The notes: generated from the sequence alone by a model not told the origin. A DNA stretch of 64,000 nucleotides from an uncultured Acidobacteriota bacterium (GCA_963727765.1 CAVSGZ010000013.1:88491-152490), one strand, 5' to 3'. Positions 10,220 to 21,641 are shown, numbered from the stretch's first letter. Program-made: numbers and translations.

Positions 10220-10303
10220 TCGGAGGACGGGGAGAGGAATCGGTTCCTTCGACGAGGAGTCGGTTCCTTCGATGAGTGGTCGGACGATGAGATGAGTGGT
10301 CAG
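10220..10303. repeat. 20-nt periodic degenerate tandem repeat (about 4 units, each starting TCGG)
   Basis: TCGGTTCCTTCGA[CT]GAG occurs at 10240 and 10260. GATGAGTGGTC occurs at 10271 and 10291. The array sits in the convergent intergenic region. Confidence 0.6.
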
Positions 10304-10304
10304 G

Positions 10305-10334
10305 GGTCGGGGCGGCGGAAATCACGCCCCGACC
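10305..10334. terminator. GC-rich hairpin between convergent genes (possible bidirectional terminator)
   Basis: GGTCGGGGCG (10305-10314) pairs with CGCCCCGACC (10325-10334) across a 10-nt loop. There is no clear U-tract on either side. Confidence 0.35.
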
Positions 10335-10359
10335 ACCGGCCCGGTTTCGCCTCTGACCG

Positions 10360-10758
10360 CTACTTCTTGACCGGCGGCTTGGCAGGCGCGGCCTTGGCCG
10401 GCTCCTGCTTGGCGATCACCAGCCCCTTGATCTTGTTGTAAGTGGCCTGCGGCACGATCTTCTTGCTCACCAACTCAGTCTTCGCCTTGTAGGGACGACC
10501 GTCGATGATCTTCTGGGAGTAGGCGTCGCCGATCCCGGGCAGCGCGGTCAGCTGCTCCTTGGTCGCCGTGTTGAGGTCGACCAGTTCGGCCTTCGCCGGC
10601 TTGGCGGCCGGAGCCGGAGTCTGCGGGGTGGCAGCTTGGGTGGCTGCCGGCTTCGGCGCGGCCGCGGTCGCCGGTTTCGTGGCCTGGGCGAACGTCGCCG
10701 CCTGGGCCACCATGAGTGCCGCCGCCGCGAACATCAGGACACGCGTCACGAGTTTCAT
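10360..10758 (-). CDS. ComEA-like helix-hairpin-helix DNA-binding protein (secreted)
   Basis: Start '[20 protein letters not shown]' (signal peptide), then an Ala/Pro/Thr/Lys-rich linker and the HhH motif '[31 protein letters not shown]'. Confidence 0.75.
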   Translation of the reverse strand: MKLVTRVLMFAAAALMVAQAATFAQATKPATAAAPKPAATQAATPQTPAPAAKPAKAELVDLNTATKEQLTALPGIGDAYSQKIIDGRPYKAKTELVSKKIVPQATYNKIKGLVIAKQEPAKAAPAKPPVKK

Positions 10759-10943
10759 AGTGAGTCCTTCTCGTCGTTCAGGGGCCGACAATTCGGCCGT
10801 TCGAACACCTCTGTATCAAATCACGTGCCAAGAGTGGCCTGGACAGAACCTGCAAGTTGCCGAGCCATTTTGCGTGGTCGGCTCACGGAGGCGCCGCCGC
10901 TCCCGACATGACCGCCACGGTGTGGCGGAACGGGCGGGCGGTC

Positions 10944-12107
10944 CTACGCCAGCCGGCGCAGGATGAAGCACTTCAAGTAGTAGGTTTCCGGAACGCTCAG
11001 CAGCACCGGGTGGTCGCGCCCCTGCATCCGTTTCTCGACGACGGTGGCGTACACCCGGGCGTCGGTAGCGGCCTCGTACACGATCTGGCCGAACGTCGCC
11101 TCGTCCACGTTGTAGGAACAACTGCAGGTGACGAGCGTGCCGCCGGGGTTCAGCAGGCGGAGCGCGCGCAGGTTGATGTCGCGGTAGCCCGAGAGGGCTC
11201 GCGGAACCGAGGCTTTGTTCTTCGCGAACGCCGGCGGGTCGAGCACGATCGTGTCGAACCGCTCCCCCTCCTGCTCCAGCCGGCGCAGTTCGTCGAACGC
11301 GTTCGCCTCGCGCGCCTCGATCTGCCGCAGGCCGTTCTGCGCCGCATTCGCGGCGATGCGGGCCACGGCCTGGGCCGAGCTGTCGATGGCCGTCACCGCG
11401 TCGCAGCGGGGCGCCAACCGCATGGCGAAGCCCCCCTGGTAGCTGAAGCAGTCGAGCAGCCGGCCGCGGGCGTACTCGGCCGCGGCCGCGCGGTTCTCGC
11501 GCTGGTCAAGGAACAGCCCGGTCTTCTGCCCTTTCCACGGGTCGACGTCATACTCGACCGGACCCTCGTGGACCGTGATCGACGCGGGCACGTCTCCGTG
11601 CAGCAGCTCGACGCGGGGCTCGAGCCCTTCGAGCGCCCGCACCTTGACGTCGTTGCGCGCGAGGATGCCCCGCGGCGCGAGCAGGTCGACCAGCAGCCGC
11701 GTCAGCGTCGGCAGCATCCGCTCGGTACCCTGGGACAGCGACTGCAGGACGAGATAGTCGCCGTAGCGGTCGACGATCAGCGAGGGCAGCAGGTCCCCTT
11801 CGGCATGGATCAGGCGGTAGGCGGTGGCGTCGATGGCCAGCCGGGTCCGGTAGCCGATCGCCTGTTCGAGCCGGCGCCGCCAGAACGCCTCGTCGACCGG
11901 CTCGGCGCCGTGCGAAATCAGGCGGAGCGCGATCTGCGAGCGGTCGCTGTAGAGCGCCCGTCCCACGATCCGGCCACGGGCGCCGGTCACGGTGACCGTG
12001 TCGCCCGGTTCGGCGTGCGCCTCGAACACGTCGCTCCGGTAGATCCAGAGGTGGCCGGCCTCGATGCGCTGTTCGGCCCGGCCGGTGATAGTGACCGTCG
12101 GCTGCAT
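10944..12107 (-). CDS. rlmI: Class I SAM-dependent 23S rRNA (cytosine-C5) methyltransferase, RlmI-like
   Basis: 387 aa with a PUA-like N-terminus ('GHLWIYRSDV') and a methyltransferase core ('VLDCFSYQGGFA', 'IVLDPPAFAK', 'LVTCSCS'). Confidence 0.85.
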   Translation of the reverse strand: MQPTVTITGRAEQRIEAGHLWIYRSDVFEAHAEPGDTVTVTGARGRIVGRALYSDRSQIALRLISHGAEPVDEAFWRRRLEQAIGYRTRLAIDATAYRLIHAEGDLLPSLIVDRYGDYLVLQSLSQGTERMLPTLTRLLVDLLAPRGILARNDVKVRALEGLEPRVELLHGDVPASITVHEGPVEYDVDPWKGQKTGLFLDQRENRAAAAEYARGRLLDCFSYQGGFAMRLAPRCDAVTAIDSSAQAVARIAANAAQNGLRQIEAREANAFDELRRLEQEGERFDTIVLDPPAFAKNKASVPRALSGYRDINLRALRLLNPGGTLVTCSCSYNVDEATFGQIVYEAATDARVYATVVEKRMQGRDHPVLLSVPETYYLKCFILRRLA

Positions 12108-12134
12108 CGAGGTAGCTTAGCGTACGAACAGGTT

Positions 12135-12165
12135 GGGATCAGGGGTCAGGGGCCAGGGGTCAGGG
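12135..12165 (+). repeat. G-tract heptamer array (GGGATCA GGGGTCA GGGGCCA GGGGTCA GGG); G-quadruplex-type motif
   Basis: Five G3-4 tracts separated by 3-4 nt loops, read directly from the sequence. The array lies 28-58 nt upstream of the rlmI start. Confidence 0.8.
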
Positions 12166-12200
12166 AAGAACACGCGTGCCGCAGGCTTCCGACCTTCGGT

Positions 12201-12253
12201 CCCCGATCCCCGATCCCCGATCCCCGATCCCTGATCCCCGACCCCGAATCCTG
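12201..12253 (+). repeat. C-tract heptamer tandem array (CCCCGAT x4, then CCCTGAT, CCCCGAC, CCCGAAT)
   Basis: Perfect 7-nt periodicity read directly. It is G-rich on the minus strand and partly complementary to the 12135-12165 array. Confidence 0.85.
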
Positions 12254-12259
12254 TACAAT
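12254..12259 (+). promoter_or_regulatory. Candidate -10 box TACAAT for rpiB (would give a leaderless transcript)
   Basis: TACAAT ends 6 nt before the GTG start at 12266. No SD sequence lies in between. Confidence 0.3.
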
Positions 12260-12265
12260 CGTCAC

Positions 12266-12724
12266 GTGCGCATCGCCATTGGTTCGGACCACGCCGGCTA
12301 TCAACTGAAGGAAGTCATCAAGGCGCGCCTTGTGGCCTCGGGCGCGGAGGTCGACGACCTTGGGACGACGAGCGAGGCCTCGGTGGACTATCCCGACTAC
12401 GCCGCGGCCGTTGCCCGGCGCGTCGCCTCGGGCGCGAGCGATCGCGGAATCCTCGTATGCGGAACCGGTATCGGCATGGCCATCGCCGCCAACAAGGTGA
12501 ACGGCATCCGGGCGGCGCCTGCCGAGAGCCTCGAGGCGGCGCGGCTCAGCCGGGCGCACAACGACGCCAACGTGCTGACGCTCGGCGCGCGGCTCACGCC
12601 CGCCGACCGCGCGCTCGACATCGTGCAGACCTTCCTCGACACACCGTTTGAAGGGGGCCGGCACCAGCGCCGGGTCGACGAGATCCGGGCGCTCGAGGAT
12701 CCGCACGCGGATGTCCCGCGGTAG
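12266..12724 (+). CDS. rpiB: Ribose-5-phosphate isomerase B
   Basis: GTG start, then 'RIAIGSDHAGYQLKE...ILVCGTGIGMAIAANK...NDANVLTLGAR...GGRHQRRV', which is canonical RpiB/LacAB. Confidence 0.9.
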   Translation: MRIAIGSDHAGYQLKEVIKARLVASGAEVDDLGTTSEASVDYPDYAAAVARRVASGASDRGILVCGTGIGMAIAANKVNGIRAAPAESLEAARLSRAHNDANVLTLGARLTPADRALDIVQTFLDTPFEGGRHQRRVDEIRALEDPHADVPR

Positions 12725-14709
12725 ATCCGGCTCGTCGGCCGACAGCCTCTCCGACACCGTGGCCCGCGTGTTCGGGGAGGCAGGCCCGCTCGCGCAGGCG
12801 GTGCCGGAGTTCGAATCGCGTCCCGGGCAGCAGGCCATGGCGGTCGCCGTGGCCGCGGCGATCGAGAACGGCCGGGTCCTGCTGGCCGAGGCTGGAACCG
12901 GGACCGGCAAGACGCTCGCCTACCTCGTCCCCGCCATCCTGAGCGGCCGGCGCGTGCTGGTGTCGACCGGGACCAAGACGCTCCAAGAACAGAATCTTCT
13001 CGAAGGACCTCCCGGTCCTCGAAGCCTCACTCGGCGTTCCCTTCCGCGCCACCTACATGAAGGGGCGGGGCAATTACCTGTGCCTCCACCGCTTCGAGCA
13101 GTTCCGAGACAACCCGATGTCGATGGCCTTCGCCGACCCCGAGGCGATCGACGCGATCGCCGAATGGGCCGCGCGCACCGAGACCGGCGACCGCGCGGAA
13201 CTCGAGGACCTGCCCGAAGACCTCGCCGTCTGGCCCGACCTCTCGGCCACGTCGGAGAATTGCGTCGGGTCGGAGTGCCCGCGCTACCGCGAGTGCTTCA
13301 TCACGAAGATGCGCGAGCGCGCCGCCGAGTCCGACCTGGTCATCGTCAACCATCACCTGCTCTGTGCCGATGCCTCGGTCCGCCAGAACGCCTACGGCGA
13401 AGTCATTCCCGAGTGCCAGGTCGCCGTCATCGACGAAGCGCATCAGCTCGAGGACGTGGCCACGCAGTACTTCGGCCTCGTGGTCAGCACCTACCGGATC
13501 GAGGATCTCGTGCGGGACGTCGAGCGCGTGGTGGCCGGCGGCGCGTGCAAGGGCGACGCGGCGGAGATGCGCCGCGCGAGCGATCACGTCCGCGATCGGG
13601 CGATGCTGTTCTTCACGGCGCTGCGGCAGGTCGGCGAGTCGGCGGCCGCCGGCGCCAGGCGGGCCGCGCCAGGAGGGCTGCCCGAGCGCCAGCGGGTCAC
13701 GGCGGACATGCTGGCCGAGGTTCAGAGCCCCGGCGCGGATCTGGTCGGCGCGCTCGACGGCCTGCAGGGCGTGGCGGCGCTGGTCCCGGAGTCCGGGGAA
13801 GACCTGGCCACGGTCGGCCGCCGCGCCGGCGAGATCCGCGACGAACTGACGTTCCTGCTGAGGGCCGGCGACCCGGACTACGTCTACTACCTCGAGGCGA
13901 GGGGCCGCGGCGTCTTTCTCCGCGCGTCGCCCATCGACGTGTCGACGATCGTGCGCGAACTGCTGCTCGACCGCATGCAGGCCACGGTGCTGACGTCGGC
14001 GACGCTCAGCGTGGCCGGCTCGTTCGAATACGTGCGCGGCCGGCTGGGGGTGCGCGACGCCGACGAGATCACGCTGCCGTCGGAGTTCCGGTACGAGGAG
14101 CAGGCGATCCTCTACCTGCCTCCGGGGATGCCCGATCCCCGGTCGCCGGCGTTCCCGAGCGCGGCAGGGCGGGAGATCCTGGAGATCCTGAGGCGTACCG
14201 AGGGACGGGCGTTCGTGCTGTTCACGAGCTACTCGGTGCTGCGCGAGGTGGAACGTGGTCTCGTCTCCGCCCTCGACTACCCGGTGCTCGTGCAGGGCAG
14301 CGCGCCACGGTCCGTCCTTCTGCGGCAGTTCCGGTCGCTCGGCAACGCCGTGCTGCTGGCCACGTCGAGTTTCTGGCAGGGCGTGGACGTGGTGGGCGAG
14401 GCGCTGAGCTGCGTGATCGTGGACAAGCTGCCGTTCGCCTCGCCTGGCGACCCGGTGACCGCGGCCCGCATCGAGGCCATTGGCGCCCGCGGCGGCAGCG
14501 CTTTCGAAGAATACCAACTCCCGCTGGCCATCCTGACGCTCGAGCAGGGCCTCGGTCGCCTCATCCGCCATCGCCGGGATCGAGGCGTGCTGGCCGTGCT
14601 CGACCCACGGCTCCGGTCGAAGGGCTACGGCGCGAGGTTCCTGGCCGCGCTGCCGCCTGCGCCGGTGGTCTCGAAACTGGACGATATCGCACGCTTCTTC
14701 GCGCGCTGA
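12711..14709 (+). pseudogene. dinG: DinG/Rad3-family ATP-dependent DNA helicase, frameshifted as sequenced
   Basis: The N-part is in frame 3 (Walker A 'AEAGTGTGKTLAYL', 'VSTGTKTLQEQ'). The remainder is in frame 1 ('KDLPVLEASLGVPFRATYMKGRGNYLC', Fe-S Cys cluster, DEAH as 'VIDEAHQL'). Deleting one A at 12993/12994 restores 'EQIFSKDLPVL'. Confidence 0.8.
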
Positions 14710-14830
14710 GGCCGCGGTGCGTGGTGAAACGGGGCTTAGTCAGGCCCACACTTTCGGTGTAGACTATGGGCCGACGGTCCCCCCGCCGCCACCCCGCAAT
14801 ATCTTTATCTCTACAAGACGGAGGATTGCG

Positions 14831-15805
14831 ATGTTTCCCGCACTTACCGGCCGGCGCATCTTGCTCCTGGCCTGTGCCCTGTTCGTGGCGTTCGCCGTGG
14901 CGCCGCCCATCGCCGCCCAGTCTACGGGATTGGTGAAGGGAACCGTGGTGGACATCAAGGGCCAGCCCGTAGAGGGTGCGAAGATCACCATCGAATACAA
15001 GGACGGCGGCGGCCGCGTCTACACGACCAAGACCAACAAGAAGGGCGAGTACACCCAGATCGGCCTGATCCCGGGCAACTACAAGGTCACCGCGGACAAG
15101 GACAAGGTCGGGTCGCAGTCGTTCGACGCCCGCGTGAAGCTCGGCGACCCCACCGAGGTCAAGTTCCAGCTTGGCGCGGGCACATCCGGTCCGAGCAAGG
15201 AAGAGCTGGCCAAGATCGCGGCCGTCAAGAAGCTGTTCGAGGACGGCGTGGCCTCCAGTCGCGCGGGCGATAACGACGCGGCCATCGAGAAGTTCAACGA
15301 GGCCGCGGGCCTGCTGCCGAACTGCCCCGACTGCTACTACAACATCGGCTACGCCCAGGCGCAGAAGAAGGACTACCCGAAGGCCGAAGAGGCGTTCAAG
15401 AAGGCCATCGAGCTCAAGGCCGATTACGTCGAGGCGTACTACGGACTGGCCACCATCTACAACGCCCAGAAGAAGTTCGACGAGGCGCAGGAGGTCAGCC
15501 AGAAGGCGGCGGCGCTGGCAGCGGCGGCCGGTGGCCCGGGCGGTGCCGCCAGCGTGGACGCCCTGTACAACCAGGGTGTCATCGCCTGGAACGCCGGGAA
15601 GGCCGAGGACGCGAAGAAGGCGTTTGAAGAGGCGCTCAAGGCAGACCCGAAGCACGCAAACTCGCACTACCAGCTCGGCATGTGCTTCCTCAACCTGGGC
15701 AAGATGCCCGAGGCGGTCGCCGAGTTCGAGTCGTATCTGGAGTTCGCCCCTGACGGCCAGTATGCCGCCCAGGCGAAGGCCATGGTCGCTCAGCTGAAGA
15801 AGTAG
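14831..15805 (+). CDS. Secreted carboxypeptidase-regulatory-like domain plus TPR repeat protein
   Basis: SD GGAGGA precedes the ATG at 14831. Signal peptide, then the CarboxypepD_reg-like 'GTVVDIKGQPVEGAKITI...NKKGEYTQIGLIPGNYKV', followed by several TPR-like repeats. Confidence 0.75.
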   Translation: MFPALTGRRILLLACALFVAFAVAPPIAAQSTGLVKGTVVDIKGQPVEGAKITIEYKDGGGRVYTTKTNKKGEYTQIGLIPGNYKVTADKDKVGSQSFDARVKLGDPTEVKFQLGAGTSGPSKEELAKIAAVKKLFEDGVASSRAGDNDAAIEKFNEAAGLLPNCPDCYYNIGYAQAQKKDYPKAEEAFKKAIELKADYVEAYYGLATIYNAQKKFDEAQEVSQKAAALAAAAGGPGGAASVDALYNQGVIAWNAGKAEDAKKAFEEALKADPKHANSHYQLGMCFLNLGKMPEAVAEFESYLEFAPDGQYAAQAKAMVAQLKK

Positions 15806-15830
15806 CGGGCGCGATTGACGGTTCACCGAG

Positions 15831-15873
15831 AGGTCGCCGGCTGCCTGTGGGGGCCGGCGGCCTCTTGCTTTTC
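15831..15873 (+). terminator. Rho-independent terminator
   Basis: GAGGTCGCCGGC (15831-15842) pairs with GCCGGCGGCCTC (15854-15865) with one G-U pair. It is followed by TTGCTTTT. Confidence 0.6.
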
Positions 15874-15878
15874 ACCCT

Positions 15879-16583
15879 GTGACGCCTGAAACCGATCTTG
15901 CCGCCCGGCTGTCCGAAATCCGCCACCGGATGGCGCTCGCCGCCCGTCGGGTCGGGCGGCAGCCGGAAGAGGTGCGCCTGGTCGCCGTCTCCAAGACCTA
16001 CGCGGCCGAGATCGTCCGCGCGGCGGCCGCAGCCGGCCAGCTCGACTTCGGCGAGAACCGCGTGCAGGAAGCGCTGCAGAAGATCGGCGAGACCGCCGAC
16101 CTCTCCCTCCGGTGGCATCTCATCGGCCATCTCCAGTCGAACAAGGCGAAGAAGGCGGCCGTGAGCTTCGCCTGCATCCACTCGATCGACAGCATCGACC
16201 TGCTCAAAGCTGTGGACCGGGCCGCCGCCGATGCCGGCCGGAGCCCGGAGGTGCTCGTGCAGGTGGACCTGGCCGGCGAGCCCACCAAGCATGGCGCCGC
16301 GCTGGACGTCGTCCGGAGCGTGGTCGAGCAGGCCTGCCGCGCCCGCGCGGTGCGCCTGGCTGGCCTCATGCTGCTACCGCCGTTTTTCGAGGACCCCGAG
16401 GCGGCGCGCCCGTTCTTTCGACAGATTTGCGACCTGCGCGACGAGCTGTGCCGGGGCGGCGTCCCTTCGAACCTCCTGCGGGAGTTGTCGATGGGGATGA
16501 GCCACGATTTCGAGGTGGCCATCGAGGAAGGTGCTACGATGGTCAGGGTTGGCACGGCCATCTTCGGACCGCGCGAGCGTTGA
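15879..16583 (+). CDS. yggS: YggS-family pyridoxal-phosphate homeostasis protein
   Basis: 234 aa with 'VRLVAVSKT', 'FGENRVQE', 'WHLIGHLQSNK' and 'LSMGMSHDFEVAIEEGATMVRVGTAIFG'. Confidence 0.9.
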   Translation: MTPETDLAARLSEIRHRMALAARRVGRQPEEVRLVAVSKTYAAEIVRAAAAAGQLDFGENRVQEALQKIGETADLSLRWHLIGHLQSNKAKKAAVSFACIHSIDSIDLLKAVDRAAADAGRSPEVLVQVDLAGEPTKHGAALDVVRSVVEQACRARAVRLAGLMLLPPFFEDPEAARPFFRQICDLRDELCRGGVPSNLLRELSMGMSHDFEVAIEEGATMVRVGTAIFGPRER

Positions 16584-16682
16584 GCCCGCTCCTGCAGTTC
16601 GGAGGGGGATCGGCCGAAACAATGAGTGCCGGGCGCATCCCGACGGGTGCGGACACGATCCCGGCGGCAGAGGAGTCAGGTC

Positions 16683-17288
16683 ATGAAGGTCACCCCGCTC
16701 GACCTGCGGCAGGCACAGCTGCGCGTCGCCATGCGCGGCTACGATCGCAACCAAGTGGACGCGCTGCTCAGCGAAGTGGCCGACGACTACGAACAGGCGC
16801 TGCGCGAGACCGATCGCCTGCACCAGGAGTTGAGCCGCCTCGAGGCCGTGGTGACCGAGCATCGCGAACACGAGCGCAATTTGCGCAACACGCTGCTCAC
16901 CGCCCAGCGCCTCGCCGACGAGATCCGCGAGCACGCCGAACTGGAGAGCCGTCGCGTCATGGAGGAGGCCGAGTCCCGCTCGGAGCTCGTCCTCCAGAAG
17001 GCGCAGGCGCGCGTCGAGGAGGTCCAGCGCGAGATCGACGGCCTCAAGCTGAGACGGCGCGACGTCGAGACGAGCCTGCAGGCGACGATCGCCACGCTGC
17101 GCAACGCCCTGGAGTTCGTGCGCGAACAGGACCTCAAGGAGCGCGAAGACAGGGTGCTGCTCCACCGCCCGCGCCAGGCCCAGGCCGAGCAGGCGCCCCC
17201 CGCCGAATCGCCAGCCCAGGCCGTTGGCGAAACGCCGGCCGGCGTGATCAGGCGGCTGCTGAACCAGACCGGCGAGGAACCGTCATAG
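16683..17288 (+). CDS. divIVA: DivIVA-domain cell-division/coiled-coil protein
   Basis: An SD sequence precedes the ATG at 16683. N-terminus 'MKVTPLDLRQAQLRVAMRGYDRNQVDALL' is followed by a coiled coil. Confidence 0.85.
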   Translation: MKVTPLDLRQAQLRVAMRGYDRNQVDALLSEVADDYEQALRETDRLHQELSRLEAVVTEHREHERNLRNTLLTAQRLADEIREHAELESRRVMEEAESRSELVLQKAQARVEEVQREIDGLKLRRRDVETSLQATIATLRNALEFVREQDLKEREDRVLLHRPRQAQAEQAPPAESPAQAVGETPAGVIRRLLNQTGEEPS

Positions 17289-18532
17289 TCACCGCCGATT
17301 TCATCGTCCGCAACGCGCGCCAGGTCGTCACCTGCGCGGGGCCCGCGCCGCGCCGCGGCGGCGCCCAGGCTGTCGCCACGACCATTCCCGGCGGTGTCGT
17401 CGCCTCCCGCGACGGACGCATCGTCTTCGCGGGGCCCGAGGCGGCGTTCGATACCGCCGTGCAGGCCGCGCCCGGGGCCGTCGTCCTCGACGCCGGGCGG
17501 GGCACCGTCATCCCCGGCTTCGTCGACCCCCACACGCACGTCATCTACGCGGGCGACCGGCGCGAGGAGTTGCGCCGGCGGCTTGCGGGAGCCTCCTACG
17601 CCGAGATCGCCGCTTCGGACGGCGGCATTGTCAGCACGGTGAAGGCCACGCGCGACGCCTCTGAGGACGCACTGGTCGACTCGGGCCTGAAGCGGCTCGG
17701 CGAGATGCTGCACTGCGGCACCACGACCGCGGAGGCCAAGAGCGGCTACGGCCTCGAGACGCAGGCCGAGCTGAAGATGCTCCGCGCCATCCGGCGGCTC
17801 GCCGCCAGCCAGCCGATCGACCTGGTCGCCACATTCCTGGGCGCCCACGAGATTCCCGTCGAGTACCGGGAACGGCGGCAGGCCTATCTGGAACTGGTGA
17901 TCGACGAGATGATTCCCGCCGTGGCCGCGGAGCGCCTCGCCGAGTGGTGCGACGTCTTCTGCGAGACCGGCGTCTACACTCCCGAGGAATCACGGCTGAT
18001 TCTGGAGGCCGGCGACCGGGCCGGACTGCGGCCGCGCATCCACGCCGACGAACTCGCGGCCAGCGGGGGTTCGGATGTGGCGGCGGAGGTCGGAGCCCGT
18101 TCGGCCGATCACCTGCTGTTTGTGACGCCGGAGTCGGCCGACCGGATGGCCGCGGCCGGCGTGGTGGCCACGCTGCTGCCGGCCGCCGCCTTCTACCTGA
18201 AGATCGGGCGCTTCGCCCCGGCGCGCCTGCTCATCGATCGCGGCGTCGCCGTGGCGCTGGCCACCGACCTCAATCCGGGAGGCGGCTTCACGCCGTCGAT
18301 GCCCTTCGTGATGACGCTCGCCTGCTTCGCCATGGGCATGACGCTCGAGGAGGCGCTCGTGGGGGCGACGCTCAACGCCGCTTACGCCATCGATCGGCAC
18401 GCCGACGTCGGCAGCCTCGAGGTCGGCAAGCTGATGGATGCCGTCGTCGTCGACGGTGAGGTGGTTGACCTGATTCGCGTGGGCGCCCCGGCCATCCGTC
18501 ATGTCGTCAAGCGGGGCCGGATCGTAGTTTGA
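17282..18532 (+). CDS. hutI: Imidazolonepropionase (start codon unresolved)
   Basis: 'GFVDPHTHVIYAGDR', 'EAKSGYGL', 'RIHADEL' and 'ALATDLNPG' are typical of HutI. The homologous N-terminus 'VIVTADFIVRNARQ' begins near 17282, but no ATG, GTG or TTG lies in frame there. Confidence 0.8.
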   Translation, partial: VIVTADFIVRNARQVVTCAGPAPRRGGAQAVATTIPGGVVASRDGRIVFAGPEAAFDTAVQAAPGAVVLDAGRGTVIPGFVDPHTHVIYAGDRREELRRRLAGASYAEIAASDGGIVSTVKATRDASEDALVDSGLKRLGEMLHCGTTTAEAKSGYGLETQAELKMLRAIRRLAASQPIDLVATFLGAHEIPVEYRERRQAYLELVIDEMIPAVAAERLAEWCDVFCETGVYTPEESRLILEAGDRAGLRPRIHADELAASGGSDVAAEVGARSADHLLFVTPESADRMAAAGVVATLLPAAAFYLKIGRFAPARLLIDRGVAVALATDLNPGGGFTPSMPFVMTLACFAMGMTLEEALVGATLNAAYAIDRHADVGSLEVGKLMDAVVVDGEVVDLIRVGAPAIRHVVKRGRIVV

Positions 18533-18535
18533 GCC

Positions 18536-18934
18536 CTAAGGTCTCACCCACACCTTGACGTCCGGCGCGAAATCCCAAGGATAGTAATAGCCTGGCAGGA
18601 ACTGCACCTGCTCGGTGTACGTCCCGTAGATGGCCAACTGCGAGGCCGGCTGCATCGCCCCGGATTCCGGGGCCGTCGGTCCGGTCTTGCAGTTGTAGGG
18701 CGCCGCCGAGCCCAGCCTGACGAACAGCTGCGCGGGGTCGATGGGCACGCCGCCGGTGGCCGCCGTGTGCAGGGCCCCGTCGCACAGCTGCGCTTCGCTC
18801 TTCCGATCGCCGAATTGCGCCAGTTCCTGCAGCCCGTCCTCGAAACGGTAGAACGTCCAGTACGCGTTGCCGATTCGGAACGCACCGTGGAGCACGAGGA
18901 GCGCCAGCGCGATCTTGATGAGTGTCTTGACCAT
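18536..18934 (-). CDS. Hypothetical membrane-anchored protein
   Basis: 132 aa with an N-terminal TM helix 'LIKIALALLVLHGAF'. No recognised domain. Confidence 0.5.
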   Translation of the reverse strand: MVKTLIKIALALLVLHGAFRIGNAYWTFYRFEDGLQELAQFGDRKSEAQLCDGALHTAATGGVPIDPAQLFVRLGSAAPYNCKTGPTAPESGAMQPASQLAIYGTYTEQVQFLPGYYYPWDFAPDVKVWVRP

Positions 18935-19024
18935 GGCACACCGTCCGCAACCCGGCAGGGAGGTCGCGGCTGTCGATCGTTCTTTCGGCCGGTCGAGCCC
19001 CCAGGATTAGTCCCGACCCCGGCG

Positions 19025-19779
19025 TCAATGGACGATATTGAACATCCGGTCCCAGCGCGTCCTGGTGAAGAACTGCGTGACGACGGTGAACAGGTCCTTC
19101 ACGATGGCGCCGATCCCGGTCTGCTCGTAGTCCTCGGTCGTCGACTCGTAGGACCAGTAGATGAGCGCCGCCTGTCCCTTGACGTCCTCCTTCGACAGCA
19201 GGCCCCAGTAGCGGCTGTCCTCGGAGTTGTCGCGGTTGTCTCCCATCATGAAGTACTTGCCGGCCGGGATGGTGATCGGGCCGTAGCGCTCGCGCAGGTC
19301 GGAGGAGGTGACCTCCGCGTACGCCGACGGGCTCTGCGGCGGCTCGAGGAAGTGCACGTAGGGCTCGTCGAGCGGTCTGCCGTTGATGTAGACGCGCTTG
19401 TTCCTGACTTCGAGCGTCTCGCCCGGCAGGCCGATGACCCGCTTGATGAAATCGCGCTCCCGGTTGGCCGGGTACTTGAACACGACGACGTCGCCCCGCC
19501 GGATCGGCCGCTCGGGCAGCAGCGCCCGCTCGAACGAGCTCAGCGAGGGCGCGAAGATGAACTTGTTCACCAGCAAGTGGTCGCCGATGAGCAGGTTGTT
19601 CTCCATCGAGCCGGTGGGGATCTTGAACGCCTGGACGACGAACGTCCGGATGAACAGGGCCAGGATGACGGCGATGACAATCGACTCGAAGTACTCGCGG
19701 ACGACCGACTTGCGGAACGGTGCCGGGGGCGGCGCGGCGCGGCCGACGGCTTCGAGGCGGTCGTCTTCTGTTTCTTCAC
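19025..19779 (-). pseudogene. lepB: Signal peptidase I, frameshifted near the N-terminus as sequenced
   Basis: The catalytic body '[21 protein letters not shown]...GDNRDNSEDSRYWG' is in one frame. A GTG start with an SD sequence (19779, '[15 protein letters not shown]') is in another. The frames join at a G5 run (19725-19729). Confidence 0.8.
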
Positions 19780-19792
19780 GGCTGACTCCCGG

Positions 19793-19823
19793 CTCCTGAA
19801 TCCCGATTCCCGAATCCTGAATC

Positions 19824-19826
<3 letters not shown>
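19793..19826. repeat. Heptamer array (ATCCCGA TTCCCGA ATCCTGA ATCCTAC) in the lepA-lepB junction
   Basis: 7-nt periodicity read directly from the sequence. Confidence 0.6.
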
Positions 19827-21631
<1,805 letters not shown>

Positions 21632-21641
21632 CGGGATCCGC

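Noticed and set aside
12201-12253. Possible CRISPR array (regular short repeats)
   Set aside because: The repeat unit is only 7 nt, with no spacers and no cas genes. It is a simple tandem heptamer array.
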